Shown piece by piece: positions 35,784 to 46,199 of a stretch of DNA of 54,696 nt (position 1 is the first letter of the stretch; each line of letters opens with the position of its first letter). A program made the position numbers and the translations under genes. The stretch lies in the IMG/VR virus record IMGVR_UViG_3300048598_000478, positions 1-54,696 of that record. One strand, 5' to 3'. Below the pieces are notes generated by a model that saw only the letters and a program-made list of their open reading frames with translations, was not told the origin of the DNA and made no database searches. Source of the DNA: a virus (taxonomy: Duplodnaviria; Caudoviricetes).

Positions 35784-35847
35784 CCAGTGTTGGCCCGACC
35801 CCGCAGGGCTGATCGCGGGCTTCTGAACATTTGAATGGAGACTTGCG

Positions 35848-36546
35848 ATGTCAGCCACAGAAGCTGAAATTGGCTATGGCGTCTTGCTGAAGATGCTCAC
35901 CTCCACGGGGCCGGACGTCTATACGACGCTCGGTCGCCAGCGCGATGTGCTGCCGCCGGACGGGTTCTCCGTCGACCTACGCGACGCCACTCACAACGAA
36001 AGCACGGATGTGACCGAGGAGGTCATTCCGGGCATCATCCGCACGAAGTCGATCACGATCGAGATCGAATACAAGCCGTTGAACGCGGCGGTGCAGTTGA
36101 TCCAGGCTGCGAAGCGGGTGCTGAAAACCTTCCGTTCGGTCTGGCCGGATGGCCGCTATATCCAGTGGCAGGGCTATATCGAAGACTTCGAGCCGGAGGC
36201 TCCAACCGAAGACAAGCAGATCGCGACGCTGACGATCAAGCGCAGCGGGACGGCGACGCCGAATGCCGCCTCTGCGCCGACCAATTCCGTGCTGCCCGCC
36301 ATCGCCGGCACGGTTCAGGTCGGTCAGACGCTCACGGTGTGGCCGGGCGTGTGGGCCAATGAACCCACTTCGTTCACTTACGTCTGGAAGAACGAAGGTG
36401 TCGCGATCGAGGGTGCGACGTCGTCGACCTACGTGCTCGTGGCTGGCGACCAGGGCGACAACATCACGGTCACGGTCACGGCCACGAACAGCGCCGGTTC
36501 TGCGAACGCGACATCGGCGGAGACGATTGCTGTCGCGGCGGCGTAA
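35848..36546 (+). CDS. Major tail tube protein with C-terminal Ig-like domain
   Basis: Position; PTNSVLPAIAGTVQVGQTLT...GATSSTYVL. Confidence 0.85.
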   Translation: MSATEAEIGYGVLLKMLTSTGPDVYTTLGRQRDVLPPDGFSVDLRDATHNESTDVTEEVIPGIIRTKSITIEIEYKPLNAAVQLIQAAKRVLKTFRSVWPDGRYIQWQGYIEDFEPEAPTEDKQIATLTIKRSGTATPNAASAPTNSVLPAIAGTVQVGQTLTVWPGVWANEPTSFTYVWKNEGVAIEGATSSTYVLVAGDQGDNITVTVTATNSAGSANATSAETIAVAAA

Positions 36547-36556
36547 CGGGTGAGAT

Positions 36557-36934
36557 ATGGCGAATCCATTCAAGGGCGAAGTTGCGTTTGAGGTGGGGGA
36601 GCAGAGCTACAAGCTCTGCTTCTCCGCCAACGCCATCATCGAGATGGAAGACCATTTCGACAAGACCGTCGAAGAGATCAGCAATTTGCTGCGGGATACC
36701 GACCGGCTGCGCATGAAGAATCTGCGGGCTGTGTTCTGGGCTGGTCTCACTGACCATCATCCTGGCATCACCATCAAAGAGGCAGGCGTGATCATCACGC
36801 AGGTTGGATTTCAGCGGGTGGTCGAGCTGATCGGTCTTGGCTTTTCCCGGGCGTTTCCCGAGGTGGAGGGGGAAGCAAACCCTCCCAAGCCGGATCAGGA
36901 TGGGACTGGTCCGGCCTCCTCGACGAATGGCTGA
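36557..36934 (+). CDS. Tail assembly chaperone (G-like)
   Basis: MANPFKGEV; lies between tail tube and tape measure. Confidence 0.85.
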   Translation: MANPFKGEVAFEVGEQSYKLCFSANAIIEMEDHFDKTVEEISNLLRDTDRLRMKNLRAVFWAGLTDHHPGITIKEAGVIITQVGFQRVVELIGLGFSRAFPEVEGEANPPKPDQDGTGPASSTNG

Positions 36935-37188
36935 CGCTCGGGCTCACCGAAGACGAATTCTGGCGCAAGACCCCGCGTCAGATCGCTCGCACATTTGATG
37001 CCGCGGTTGTCCGCGCCGAACGCGAGCACAACGAGCGGGCCTGGCACACCTGGCATATCGCTGCGCTGCCGCGCCTGAAGACTTTTCCGAAGCTTGAAAA
37101 GCTGAAGACCCGCAATCGCTCCAAACGACCCATGACGCCCGATGAGATGTGGGCCGTCATGTTGCCGATCACTTACAGCAAGCATTGA
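36877..37188 (+). CDS. Tail chaperone GT extension via -1 frameshift
   Basis: A-AAC-CCT heptamer at 36877-36883; the -1 frame reads WDWSGLLDEWLTLGLTEDEFWRKTPRQI to TGA at 37188. Confidence 0.75.
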   Translation, partial: KPSQAGSGWDWSGLLDEWLTLGLTEDEFWRKTPRQIARTFDAAVVRAEREHNERAWHTWHIAALPRLKTFPKLEKLKTRNRSKRPMTPDEMWAVMLPITYSKH

Positions 37189-37202
37189 TGGATCGCTGAT
37201 CT

Positions 37203-39131
37203 ATGGCAGGCAACGCCGTCATCGGTGCATTGCGGGTCGTGTTGGGCGCGGATACTGCCGCGCTCGACAAGGGCCTGAAGGATGCGCAGGGCTCGCTGGC
37301 GCGGTTCTCGTCTTCCATGAAGACGTTCGGCGCGGTCGCCGGCGCTGCGCTTTTGGCAGTGGGGACCGGTTCCGCGATTGCGATCAAGAGCGCGCTTGAG
37401 AACGCCGACAAACTCGGCAAGCTCGCCCAGTCGGTAGGCTTGCCGGTCGCGGAATTGTCGAAACTCAATTACGCCGCGAAGCTGTCGGATGTGACGCTCG
37501 AAAGCCTCGGCACGTCGCTGGTGCGGCTGTCGAAGAACATGTCGGAAGTCGCAGCCGGTGGCACCGGTCCTGCGGCGCAGGCGTTCAAGGCGCTTGGCAT
37601 TTCGGTGCGCGAAGCCGACGGCTCGATGAAATCATCGAGCGCGATTATGAGTGAGGTCGCCGACAAGTTCGCATCCTACAAGGATGGCGCCAACAAGACC
37701 GCGATCGCGGTGGCGCTGTTCGGTCGTGCCGGCGCCGCGATGATCCCGATGCTCAACCAGGGGTCGGCCGCTCTTGCGGAAGCCAAGAAGGAGGCAGAGG
37801 AGTTCGGTCTTGTCATCGATTCCAAGACCGCTGCCGCTGCCGAGACGTTCAACGACAATCTGACCCGGCTCGGCAAGGTGACGGAAGGGGTCGGAATCCA
37901 GATTGCCTCCCGGCTGGCGCCGTCGCTGGCGCAGATTTCCAACGAGATGGTGACGACGGCCAAGAATGCGCAGACGCTTGCCTATGTCGCGTCGGGGCTC
38001 GAAATCGCGACCAAGACGCTCGCCTCTGGCGTGCTGGTCGCGGTCTATGCCTACAAGCAATTCGCAACCGTAATTGCGACCGTCGTGAAGGCTGCGACGC
38101 AGGTCGCGGGATTCGATTTCAGCGGTGCGCTGGAAACGATCAAATCGGGGCTGGATCAGGTCAAGACCACGGCGGTGGAAACCGCCGAGTCGGCACAGCG
38201 ATTGTGGGCCTCCCCGGATACGACCGGCATTGTCGCTGGCTTCAATGTTTATATCGGCAAGGCGAAAGAGGCGCAGGAAGCGGTTCTCGGTTTCCTCGAA
38301 GCAAGGAAAAAGGATGCGCCGGCGATCGGCGGTCCGGAGACCAACGCATTCAAGGAATATCTGTCGGGGATCGAGAAGCGCAAGGCTGCGCTGAGTGCCG
38401 AGATTCAGACCATCGGCATGTCCGAGGCCGCTCAGGAATCGCTTCGCATCAAGCTGGAAGCGCTGACGATCGCCAAGGAAAAGAACATCACCGTCACCGA
38501 TGCGATGCGGGCAAAGCTCGATCAGGCTGCGCTGAGTTTCGGGCAGATGTCGCAGGCGGTGCAGGAAGCCCGCACGCGGTGGAGTTTCGTGGAGGGCTCG
38601 CTCAATACCGTCGCATCCGGCCTGACCGATATCGTGATGCGGACCAAGACGGCTGGCGAAGCGTTCCGGGAGATGGCGTTGTCGATCGGCCGCGATTTCG
38701 TCCAGATGATCATCAAGGCGCAGTTGTTCAGGGCTGCCACGGCGTTCATGGGCGGCGGTTTCGGCGGAGGTCCGTCTTTTGCCGGCGCCGGTTTTGCGAA
38801 CGGCATTCCGCAGGGGGTGGGGCTTGGCGGTTATGCCGGATCGTTCGCCAGCGGTGGATCGTTCGTGGTCGGCGGGTCCGGCGGCATCGACAGCCAGATC
38901 AGGACCATGCGCGTGACGCCGGGCGAGCGGGTGACGGTGAGCAAGGATGGCGAGGGCATGGGGGGCGCGGTCGTCGTTCATCAGACCAATCAATGGACGA
39001 ACGTCTCGCCCGACATGAAGGCCTATGTCGATCGTGCGGTGGCGCAGGGTAACGCTGCGGTGATGAAGGCCATGCCCGGCATGTTGCAGAAACAGCGTGG
39101 CGCCAATCCGAACCTGTACGGGCCGGGCTGA
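37203..39131 (+). CDS. Tape measure protein
   Basis: 642 aa, Ala-rich helical; IGALRVVLGADTA start; FASGG...PGERV C-terminus. Confidence 0.92.
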   Translation: MAGNAVIGALRVVLGADTAALDKGLKDAQGSLARFSSSMKTFGAVAGAALLAVGTGSAIAIKSALENADKLGKLAQSVGLPVAELSKLNYAAKLSDVTLESLGTSLVRLSKNMSEVAAGGTGPAAQAFKALGISVREADGSMKSSSAIMSEVADKFASYKDGANKTAIAVALFGRAGAAMIPMLNQGSAALAEAKKEAEEFGLVIDSKTAAAAETFNDNLTRLGKVTEGVGIQIASRLAPSLAQISNEMVTTAKNAQTLAYVASGLEIATKTLASGVLVAVYAYKQFATVIATVVKAATQVAGFDFSGALETIKSGLDQVKTTAVETAESAQRLWASPDTTGIVAGFNVYIGKAKEAQEAVLGFLEARKKDAPAIGGPETNAFKEYLSGIEKRKAALSAEIQTIGMSEAAQESLRIKLEALTIAKEKNITVTDAMRAKLDQAALSFGQMSQAVQEARTRWSFVEGSLNTVASGLTDIVMRTKTAGEAFREMALSIGRDFVQMIIKAQLFRAATAFMGGGFGGGPSFAGAGFANGIPQGVGLGGYAGSFASGGSFVVGGSGGIDSQIRTMRVTPGERVTVSKDGEGMGGAVVVHQTNQWTNVSPDMKAYVDRAVAQGNAAVMKAMPGMLQKQRGANPNLYGPG

Positions 39132-39892
39132 TGACGGCGGTCAATATCGAAACCTGGCCGGGCGATGCGGGCATTGCGCAGCGGTCATTCCAGCTCAAGT
39201 CCTACAATCTTCGGTCCACCGGATATCTTTCGCGCGAGGTGAGATCGAGCGGCCCGGTGGCGCAGCGCTTCGAGGTGAAGCTCACGCTGCCGCCGATGGG
39301 AATGATAGCTCATGAAGCCGAGGGAAGCGCCAGCGCGAAGGCATCCTGGCGGATGATCGACGGATTTCTCGCGCGGCTTCGCGGCACGTCTGGCTTCGTG
39401 CGCTTGCGCGACCATGCGCGGCCCGCACCCTATTACAATGTCGTCAATATTCAGGGCGCCGCGAATTGGGACGATAGCGCGACCTGGGACGATGGTGCGC
39501 AATGGATCGGCGGACATTTGCCGCCCTATGTCGTGGTCGATGCGCTGGCGCGGCGCGGCGACAACAACGTGGTGATGAGGGGATTGCCGGTCTCGACCGC
39601 GGAGGTGCTTAATCCGGGCGATCTGTTCGAGATCAGGCCGAACGGCGTCCCTGCCGAGCACGGCATGCTTCACATCGTGACGCGCCAGGCGAACAGCAAC
39701 TCCGATGGCAAGGCGCGGGTCTATTTCGAGCCGGGGCTACGGCTCGGCGTGCGCTCCGGTGACATGGTGGTGTTGCGCCAGCCCACATCGGTGTTCAGCC
39801 TCGCCAGCGATGACGAGGGCATGATCGATGTGGATCAGGCGTTGAACGGGACGCTGGGTCTCACGCTGATCGAAGTGTTGCCGAGATCATGA
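39131..39892 (+). CDS. Distal tail protein-like
   Basis: Follows the tape measure gene; FLARLRG..G pattern. Confidence 0.7.
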   Translation: MTAVNIETWPGDAGIAQRSFQLKSYNLRSTGYLSREVRSSGPVAQRFEVKLTLPPMGMIAHEAEGSASAKASWRMIDGFLARLRGTSGFVRLRDHARPAPYYNVVNIQGAANWDDSATWDDGAQWIGGHLPPYVVVDALARRGDNNVVMRGLPVSTAEVLNPGDLFEIRPNGVPAEHGMLHIVTRQANSNSDGKARVYFEPGLRLGVRSGDMVVLRQPTSVFSLASDDEGMIDVDQALNGTLGLTLIEVLPRS

Positions 39893-40485
39893 CGTGTCTC
39901 ACGACACCCGGTCTCGCGGAATCGATCCGCAACGGATGGCCGACTGCGGCGCTTGCGGCGATCGATCACCCGACCGAAGGCATCATCCGGTTCTGGGATG
40001 GCTCCGGTGTGCTGCGCTGGGACGGTTATGACTGGAAGGGGCTCGGCCACCTCGGGAAGATGATCGGTCTGGGCGGATCGAAGCGATTGTTGCTGCGTAC
40101 CGTCACCTTCGAGATATCGGGTCTTCCGGAGGATGCGGAAGTTCGGCTCGAGCCGGCACTCCGCAACCGCGCAGCGCAGGCATGGATCGCTGGTCTCGAC
40201 AAGCGCGGACGCAAGGTCAATGGCGAGCCGTTCCAGGAAGTCGACGGGCTCGTGGATTACCAGGAATTGAAGGCGGGCGACGACGGATCGCAGGTGATCC
40301 ATGTCACGATCGGCGAGCCGGTCTATTCGATCGAGCGCGCGCAAACCTTGTCATACACCCCGGAATGGGCGAATTCCTATCTGGAGGCGTGGCGCAATGC
40401 CAATCTCTCCGGAGATCGTATCACCGGTTACGATCGGTTGTCTGAACTTGCCAACGCGACGCGGTCATGGAAGCCGCCGACCTGA
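39889..40485 (+). CDS. Tail tip/hub protein
   Basis: RFWDGSG.L.W.G..W.GLG; position. Confidence 0.7.
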   Translation: MTCLTTPGLAESIRNGWPTAALAAIDHPTEGIIRFWDGSGVLRWDGYDWKGLGHLGKMIGLGGSKRLLLRTVTFEISGLPEDAEVRLEPALRNRAAQAWIAGLDKRGRKVNGEPFQEVDGLVDYQELKAGDDGSQVIHVTIGEPVYSIERAQTLSYTPEWANSYLEAWRNANLSGDRITGYDRLSELANATRSWKPPT

Positions 40486-40892
40486 TCCGCAAACGGCTCG
40501 CGGATCTGATCGAGCAGGCCAAGACGCGGGCGAGCGGAGTGCCTGCCGTGACCGGTTCGGACGATTGCGTGATGTGGATCGCGTCGATCTATCGCGATGC
40601 CTTCGGCGAAGACCCGGCACGACGCTATCGCGGTCGTTATTCCTCGGTCGAGGAAGCTGCGCTCTTGATGAAACACCGCGGCATCGGACCGACCGTGATG
40701 CGGGTCGTGCGCCGTCTGCGCTGGGTTCGTATCCAGCCCTCGGATGCGCTCGTCGGCGATTTCGCGCTGATCGACGTGGCAGGGGAAGTCAATGCTGCGA
40801 TCTTCGACGATCAATTGTGGATCAGGCGGATTGACGGCGGCTATGGCGGCTATCCGGCAGAGTTCGTGCGCAAGGCCTGGCGGGTGACGTGA
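40467..40892 (+). CDS. NlpC/P60-like tail-associated protein
   Basis: G..DC..W...DP...YRGRYSS...A, GD.AL. Confidence 0.7.
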   Translation: MEAADLIRKRLADLIEQAKTRASGVPAVTGSDDCVMWIASIYRDAFGEDPARRYRGRYSSVEEAALLMKHRGIGPTVMRVVRRLRWVRIQPSDALVGDFALIDVAGEVNAAIFDDQLWIRRIDGGYGGYPAEFVRKAWRVT

Positions 40893-42520
40893 GACGCGAT
40901 CCGAACTTGTTGTCGGGCGTGCGTCTGCCGCAGCCGGTTCACGGCGTCGAGGCGCTGGCGATCGCGATCGCGTCGGCCGCGGTCTACGGGCCGCCGACCG
41001 CGGCTGCGGTTGCCTTCACCACGGCCGCGATCAATTTCGGTATCGCTGCGGCGGTCAGCGTCGGCTTGTCCTATGCGCAGCAGGCGCTGGCGCGCACCCA
41101 GACCGATCGTGCCGGCACTTCGCTTGGCGACAATCCGGCGGGGGTCAATTCGCCGGAAGCGCGCGGCAACGTCAAGCAGGCGACGCCGCCGCAGCGCGTG
41201 ATCTTCGGAGAGACTCGCGTGGGCGGCGCGATCTCGGTCTATGAAGTCGATGCGCCCTATCTCTACATCCAGCAATTGCTGGCGGCCCTGCCGATCTCGG
41301 AATTCGTGACCTGCTATGTCGGCGAGCAAGTGCTGACCCTCTCCGATGCGGTGCCCGGTTCGACGCTGACCCCGCTCGCGGTTTCCGGAATCGCGCCGTT
41401 CCATACACGGCTGTCGCTGGCACTGCAGGCCGGCGAACTCGATCAAGGCCGCAATCCGCTGATCGTCTCGGATTTCTCATCCTACGGCACGCGCTTCCTG
41501 ACGCCCGGCGTTCCGAACGCGATGTATAAATGCCATTATGGCTCGAACTACGATCAGTTCGTCGAGCTCTGGGGCAACGTCCAGATTCCGAATTTCCAAT
41601 GGGTGGTGCGAGGTGTGCCGCTGCCCGATCCGCGCAACCCGCGACACATTCTGGATTTCGATCCGCGCGATCCGGAAGAGCTCTATGCCGCGATCGCGAG
41701 CTGGGATTATTCCAACACGGCGGCACTCGCGCAGGCTTTCTGGACGCTGATGCCGTTCGGGCTGGGGGCAGGGCCGTCTCGCATCCGCTGGGATGAAGTG
41801 GCGGAAGCCGCAACCTTCGACGAGGAAATCGTAGGCCTGAAGGTTGGCGACGACGGTGTGCAGAGGTTTCAGAAGCGCCACACCATCGACGGCGTTGCCT
41901 CGCTGCACGAGAAGCCGAACGTGGTGATGGAAGCGATGCTGACTGCGAACCGCGGCTTCATCGCGCAGCGGGCCGGGCAGGTCTCGATCGTCTCCTCGCA
42001 GCCGCGCGATCCGGTGCTGACCATCACCGATGCGATGCTGATCGGCGGGTTTGAATTCCGCAACAACAAGCCGAAAAAGGATCTGGTCAATATCGGACGC
42101 TGCCGATTCGTGGCGCCCGATCGTGAACACCAGGACGCAGAGGGGCCGGTCTATCGCGATGCCGCCGCGGTGGCGGCGGATGGCGAGGAATTCGATCAGT
42201 CGGTGCGCATGCCGTTCACCTCGACGCATCAGCGCGCGCAACGCCTTCTGAAGGGATTCGTGGAAGAGGCGCGTCTCGGCAAGATGCTGTCCTGCCGCTG
42301 CGACATGCGCGCCTATGGTCTGCGGGAAGGCGATATCGTCCGGCGCTTCTCGGAGACCGGACGCTACAGCCAGCAGAACGGACTCTATTCGGTCGAGGAA
42401 TGGCAACTCGCCGAAGACCGAACCAGCGTGAGTTTCAACTTTGCGGAATACGATCCTGCGCTGGCGCGCAACTGGATCCCGGAAACCAACGAACAGCCCT
42501 TCGAGCTGGAAGCCGCATAG
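40889..42520 (+). CDS. Tail tip / host-specificity (J-like) protein
   Basis: PQRVIFGETRVGG, VRG....DPR, QRAQRL. Confidence 0.8.
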   Translation: MRRDPNLLSGVRLPQPVHGVEALAIAIASAAVYGPPTAAAVAFTTAAINFGIAAAVSVGLSYAQQALARTQTDRAGTSLGDNPAGVNSPEARGNVKQATPPQRVIFGETRVGGAISVYEVDAPYLYIQQLLAALPISEFVTCYVGEQVLTLSDAVPGSTLTPLAVSGIAPFHTRLSLALQAGELDQGRNPLIVSDFSSYGTRFLTPGVPNAMYKCHYGSNYDQFVELWGNVQIPNFQWVVRGVPLPDPRNPRHILDFDPRDPEELYAAIASWDYSNTAALAQAFWTLMPFGLGAGPSRIRWDEVAEAATFDEEIVGLKVGDDGVQRFQKRHTIDGVASLHEKPNVVMEAMLTANRGFIAQRAGQVSIVSSQPRDPVLTITDAMLIGGFEFRNNKPKKDLVNIGRCRFVAPDREHQDAEGPVYRDAAAVAADGEEFDQSVRMPFTSTHQRAQRLLKGFVEEARLGKMLSCRCDMRAYGLREGDIVRRFSETGRYSQQNGLYSVEEWQLAEDRTSVSFNFAEYDPALARNWIPETNEQPFELEAA

Positions 42521-42526
42521 CCAATC

Positions 42527-43864
42527 ATGACCGATCATCCTGCCATCGCGGCGGTCCCGATAGCGGGAACGCCAAACCGCGGTTTGCTGCAGGCGCTCCT
42601 GATCGGGCGCTGCGCTTATGTGTTCGGCGACGACGAAGACCCGACCGCCTTCGATCCGACCGGCACCGGTGCCATCGTTCTGGTGCTGGGATATCAGGGC
42701 AAGTGGTTCTGGTATGACGAGGCGGATTCGACGACGGCGCATGACGGCACGGTCTGCATCGTCACCGCCGGCGGCGAACGATACAAAATCTTCGGGCTCG
42801 ATCTCCTGGTTACCAGCGTCATCAGCCATACCGAGACGACGCCGCCCGATCCCGAAGATGTCGACGAGGAGGCGCGGCCGGAATACGGCGATGCCTATCG
42901 GGTGCCGGCCGGCGCCACCGGAGACTGGTCCGGTCACGCCGACGAGATCGCGATCTGGACGACCCGTGAGGAATGGGAATTCATCGAGCCCAAGCCGGGC
43001 TGGCTGGTCTGGACGCGAGGCATCGCGCCTTCGGGTTACGACGTCGCCTATCACTATGATTCAGCGCAGGGCGCGTGGACGGCGGGCTTCGGAGGCCAGG
43101 CACACCCCGACGGCACGATCCCGCAATCCGCGACGATCAATTTCGGCAAATTCTTCATCGTCGAAAATCAGACCACGAACACGCCGCCTGGCTCTCCGGC
43201 GCTGGCGGACGCCTACGTCATCGGGCCATCTCCGACCGGCGCATGGGTGGGGCATAGCGGCAAGATCGCGCTGTGTCAGGTTGCTGGCGCCTTCACCATC
43301 ATCACGCCCGCCGAAGGCTGGCGCGTTTATGACAAGGCACTCAATCGAGATTTCCAGTTCACCGGCTCGGCCTGGCAATCGGCCACGGGGCGGTTCTACA
43401 CGAAGTTCACCGCCTTCACCGCAAGCGGGACGTTCTCCAAGGACGCGCGATGCATCCAGGTGAAGGTTACGGTGATCGGGTCTGGGGGTAGCGTAACGAC
43501 CGATGGCGGTTCCGCATCGTTCGGGTCGCATGCCAGCGCCAATGGTGGCGTGCGTGGCGGTTCGACCGGAGCCGGCGGGACGGCGACCGCGTCGGGCGGG
43601 CTGGCCTTTAGCGGTGAGACCGGCATCGCGTTCGGTGCAGCGGCCGTGCCCGGCCGCGGCGGCAAGCCAGGGGTGACCGGTTTGGGCACCCGCGGGCAGG
43701 GCACCGACTCCAATAATATCGGTAGCGTCAACGGCGCCGGCGGCGGCGGCGGCGCCATCAAGATCATCCAGGCGGCCGATCTGGCAACCAACGAATCCGT
43801 CACCATCGGAACCGGCGGGGCCAATAACGGCTACGTGCTGGTCGAGGAATATATCGAGAATTGA
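42527..43864 (+). CDS. Tail fibre protein with two DUF2793 domains and a Gly-rich end
   Basis: Twice TPP....D.Y.(V/I)....TG.W.GH...IA...P..GW. Confidence 0.8.
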   Translation: MTDHPAIAAVPIAGTPNRGLLQALLIGRCAYVFGDDEDPTAFDPTGTGAIVLVLGYQGKWFWYDEADSTTAHDGTVCIVTAGGERYKIFGLDLLVTSVISHTETTPPDPEDVDEEARPEYGDAYRVPAGATGDWSGHADEIAIWTTREEWEFIEPKPGWLVWTRGIAPSGYDVAYHYDSAQGAWTAGFGGQAHPDGTIPQSATINFGKFFIVENQTTNTPPGSPALADAYVIGPSPTGAWVGHSGKIALCQVAGAFTIITPAEGWRVYDKALNRDFQFTGSAWQSATGRFYTKFTAFTASGTFSKDARCIQVKVTVIGSGGSVTTDGGSASFGSHASANGGVRGGSTGAGGTATASGGLAFSGETGIAFGAAAVPGRGGKPGVTGLGTRGQGTDSNNIGSVNGAGGGGGAIKIIQAADLATNESVTIGTGGANNGYVLVEEYIEN

Positions 43865-43872
43865 TGCTCTAG

Positions 43873-44442
43873 ATGGCAAACGATCCGGTCGACGATATCG
43901 ATGGGCTGAATTCCTCGGCGGATGTTTCCAAGGCGGAAACGCTCGCGGAATTGAAGGCGGTCATTCGCGTGTTCGCGAATGCCGATGCGGTGCGGGCAGT
44001 CGATCTGTCGGGCCGAACCCATATCATGGTGGGGGCGAGCTTCTACGAAAAGGACACCAGCGACGTTTCGCCTGACGATGGCGTGAGCGTGATCCATGAC
44101 GATGTGGGAAATCACTGGCTGCGGTTCGATCCTTCGGAGGATCTGGGGCCGCAGGGGCGCGTCGTTGCAGCCGGCACTGTCGCGGTATCGAACGGTCACC
44201 GCGGCTACCAGGTCGAGGCCACGGTGGCGGGGGCCGTCACCTTCAATCTCGGGCCGTTCGCCTCGCGCACCAGGAAGTTCACCGTGGCCCTGGTAGGCGC
44301 CGATCCGGTCGCGCATGTGATCAAAGTTGTTTTCGATGGTTCGGAAGAGTGCCGCGGGTCCGGAGAATTCGTTCTGACCGTGCCTTACGAAGTCGTGACT
44401 TTCCATCCGCTCGCTGCCGGCGGCGGCGGTTTCATAGGCTGA
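43873..44442 (+). CDS. Tail-region hypothetical protein
   Basis: DDGVSVIHD..G..W.R pattern seen in fibre N-termini. Confidence 0.7.
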   Translation: MANDPVDDIDGLNSSADVSKAETLAELKAVIRVFANADAVRAVDLSGRTHIMVGASFYEKDTSDVSPDDGVSVIHDDVGNHWLRFDPSEDLGPQGRVVAAGTVAVSNGHRGYQVEATVAGAVTFNLGPFASRTRKFTVALVGADPVAHVIKVVFDGSEECRGSGEFVLTVPYEVVTFHPLAAGGGGFIG

Positions 44443-44447
44443 TCATC

Positions 44448-46187
44448 ATGAAAATCAGGTCTGCATGCCTCGCGGCATTCGTTGCGATCGCGCTCCTCTT
44501 TGTGCCGGCATCCGCTTTCGCGCAGAGCAGCCCTGGCGTGCTTTGCACGACGACCGGCGCCTTCCCGATCTATGACGGGACGCGATGGCTGTGCTCGACC
44601 GCGACCGCGCCGCAGGCGGCCATTCTCAACGGCACGATGAATCTGAACCCGCTCGCGGCGTCGTCGCAGCGTGGATTGAACATCACGACGTCGGGTCCGG
44701 GCTCTGGCAGCACGGCGGGCGCGATCTACAACAATCTTGTTCAGGGCTCATGGAACAACACCCTGACCGGTGCCGGCAGTCCGGGCACGCCGACCTGTCC
44801 GTGCTGGAGCCTGTTTCAAATCTCGGCTTCAACCGGTGCCAGTTTCGACGGTGTCGAAAGCTATGGCTTGGCGGTCGGCAACGTGATGGCGGGAGCCAAC
44901 ACCACGTCTTCGGATATCGTCGGCATTTCCGGCGGGGTCTATACCAACTATGCCACGCCCAATGCGAGATTCTATGGCGGCGCTTTTGCTGCGACGACCG
45001 GCCCGAACGGCACCACTCCGTTTCTGCTGGGGCTCGAGATTGCGGCGTCCAATGGCAATGCCACGCCGGGGGCGGTTGAAAACCGGGCCGCGATCAATCT
45101 CATCAGCTACGAGACCCATCAGGCCAGCACCTTCGATGCCGCGATTGCGATCTCCGGCGGCAATCCCGGCGGGCAGTTCGAGCACGTCATCGGCCTGTTC
45201 ACCAAGGCTGGCACGCTCGCGGATGCGCTGTCGACGACGGGCGATATCATCTATGCGCAGACCGCTCAGACGGTCGGCAGCATCATCAACGTGCCGCTGC
45301 TGGATGTTACGAATTACGTCATCAACACCAAGAACGCCAAACTGACCGGGGCCGGAATTCTCGATCTCGGAACGACGGCGGTCGATGGCGGACTGGTTCT
45401 GTCCGGCGGCAGCGGCGCCAATCTGCAATTCGTATCGCAATACAATGGAACGCCGCTGTGGGTTCAGGGTGCGGTGTCGTCGACCTGGTATATCTCCGCG
45501 GTCGGCTTCGGCTCCAATGCGATCCAGATCGCGCATTCCACCAACCAGGTGACGATGCCGAACGGCCTTGCGGTGCAGACCTCGTTCAGCTCCACGGCCA
45601 ACCTGTCGATCAACAAGACGCTGCCGCAAATCTTCATCAACAAAGCGGCCTCTGGCGACGATGCGCTGCTGGTAGGCCGGACCAACGGCTCCAATCGCTG
45701 GCTGTTCAATCTCGCCAACAGCGTGGCGGAAAGCGGTTCCAATGTCGGTTCCGATTTCAGCATCAGCCGCTTCAGCGATGCGGGAAGTTTTCTGGCAACG
45801 CCGTTCGGCATCAACCGGGCGACGGGGGCGATCTCGCTTGGCGAAGCGACGACGTCGGCGATTGTCGCTGCCTTGTCGACCGCCGCTGCCACGTCTTCGA
45901 CGACCGGAGGCCTTCGCAGCGCCGGCGGCATCGGTGCGGCAGGAGCCATCTGGGCCGGCACCTATGTCGCGAGCGGCGTGGTGGCGGTCGCATCGTTGCC
46001 GACCTGCAATTCCGGCATTCAGGGCGCGCGCATGGTGGTCAACAACGCCACCGCCACCACGTTCGCATCGACCGTGGCGGGCGGCGGCGCCAACATCGTT
46101 CCGGTCCTGTGCAACGGCACCAACTGGATCATCGGCAGCGCCCCCGCCAATGACAATGATCCGCTGTCGATCCGCAAATACGCTTGA
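44448..46187 (+). CDS. Fibre/spike-like Gly-Ser-Thr-Asn-rich protein with signal-peptide-like start
   Basis: MKIRSACLAAFVAIALLFVPASAFAQ; RW....N...ESGSN.GSDF.I.RF.D.G; C-terminal VASLPTC...GGGA..VPV.CNGTNW. Confidence 0.75.
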   Translation: MKIRSACLAAFVAIALLFVPASAFAQSSPGVLCTTTGAFPIYDGTRWLCSTATAPQAAILNGTMNLNPLAASSQRGLNITTSGPGSGSTAGAIYNNLVQGSWNNTLTGAGSPGTPTCPCWSLFQISASTGASFDGVESYGLAVGNVMAGANTTSSDIVGISGGVYTNYATPNARFYGGAFAATTGPNGTTPFLLGLEIAASNGNATPGAVENRAAINLISYETHQASTFDAAIAISGGNPGGQFEHVIGLFTKAGTLADALSTTGDIIYAQTAQTVGSIINVPLLDVTNYVINTKNAKLTGAGILDLGTTAVDGGLVLSGGSGANLQFVSQYNGTPLWVQGAVSSTWYISAVGFGSNAIQIAHSTNQVTMPNGLAVQTSFSSTANLSINKTLPQIFINKAASGDDALLVGRTNGSNRWLFNLANSVAESGSNVGSDFSISRFSDAGSFLATPFGINRATGAISLGEATTSAIVAALSTAAATSSTTGGLRSAGGIGAAGAIWAGTYVASGVVAVASLPTCNSGIQGARMVVNNATATTFASTVAGGGANIVPVLCNGTNWIIGSAPANDNDPLSIRKYA

Positions 46188-46199
46188 GGAGATTCCAGA

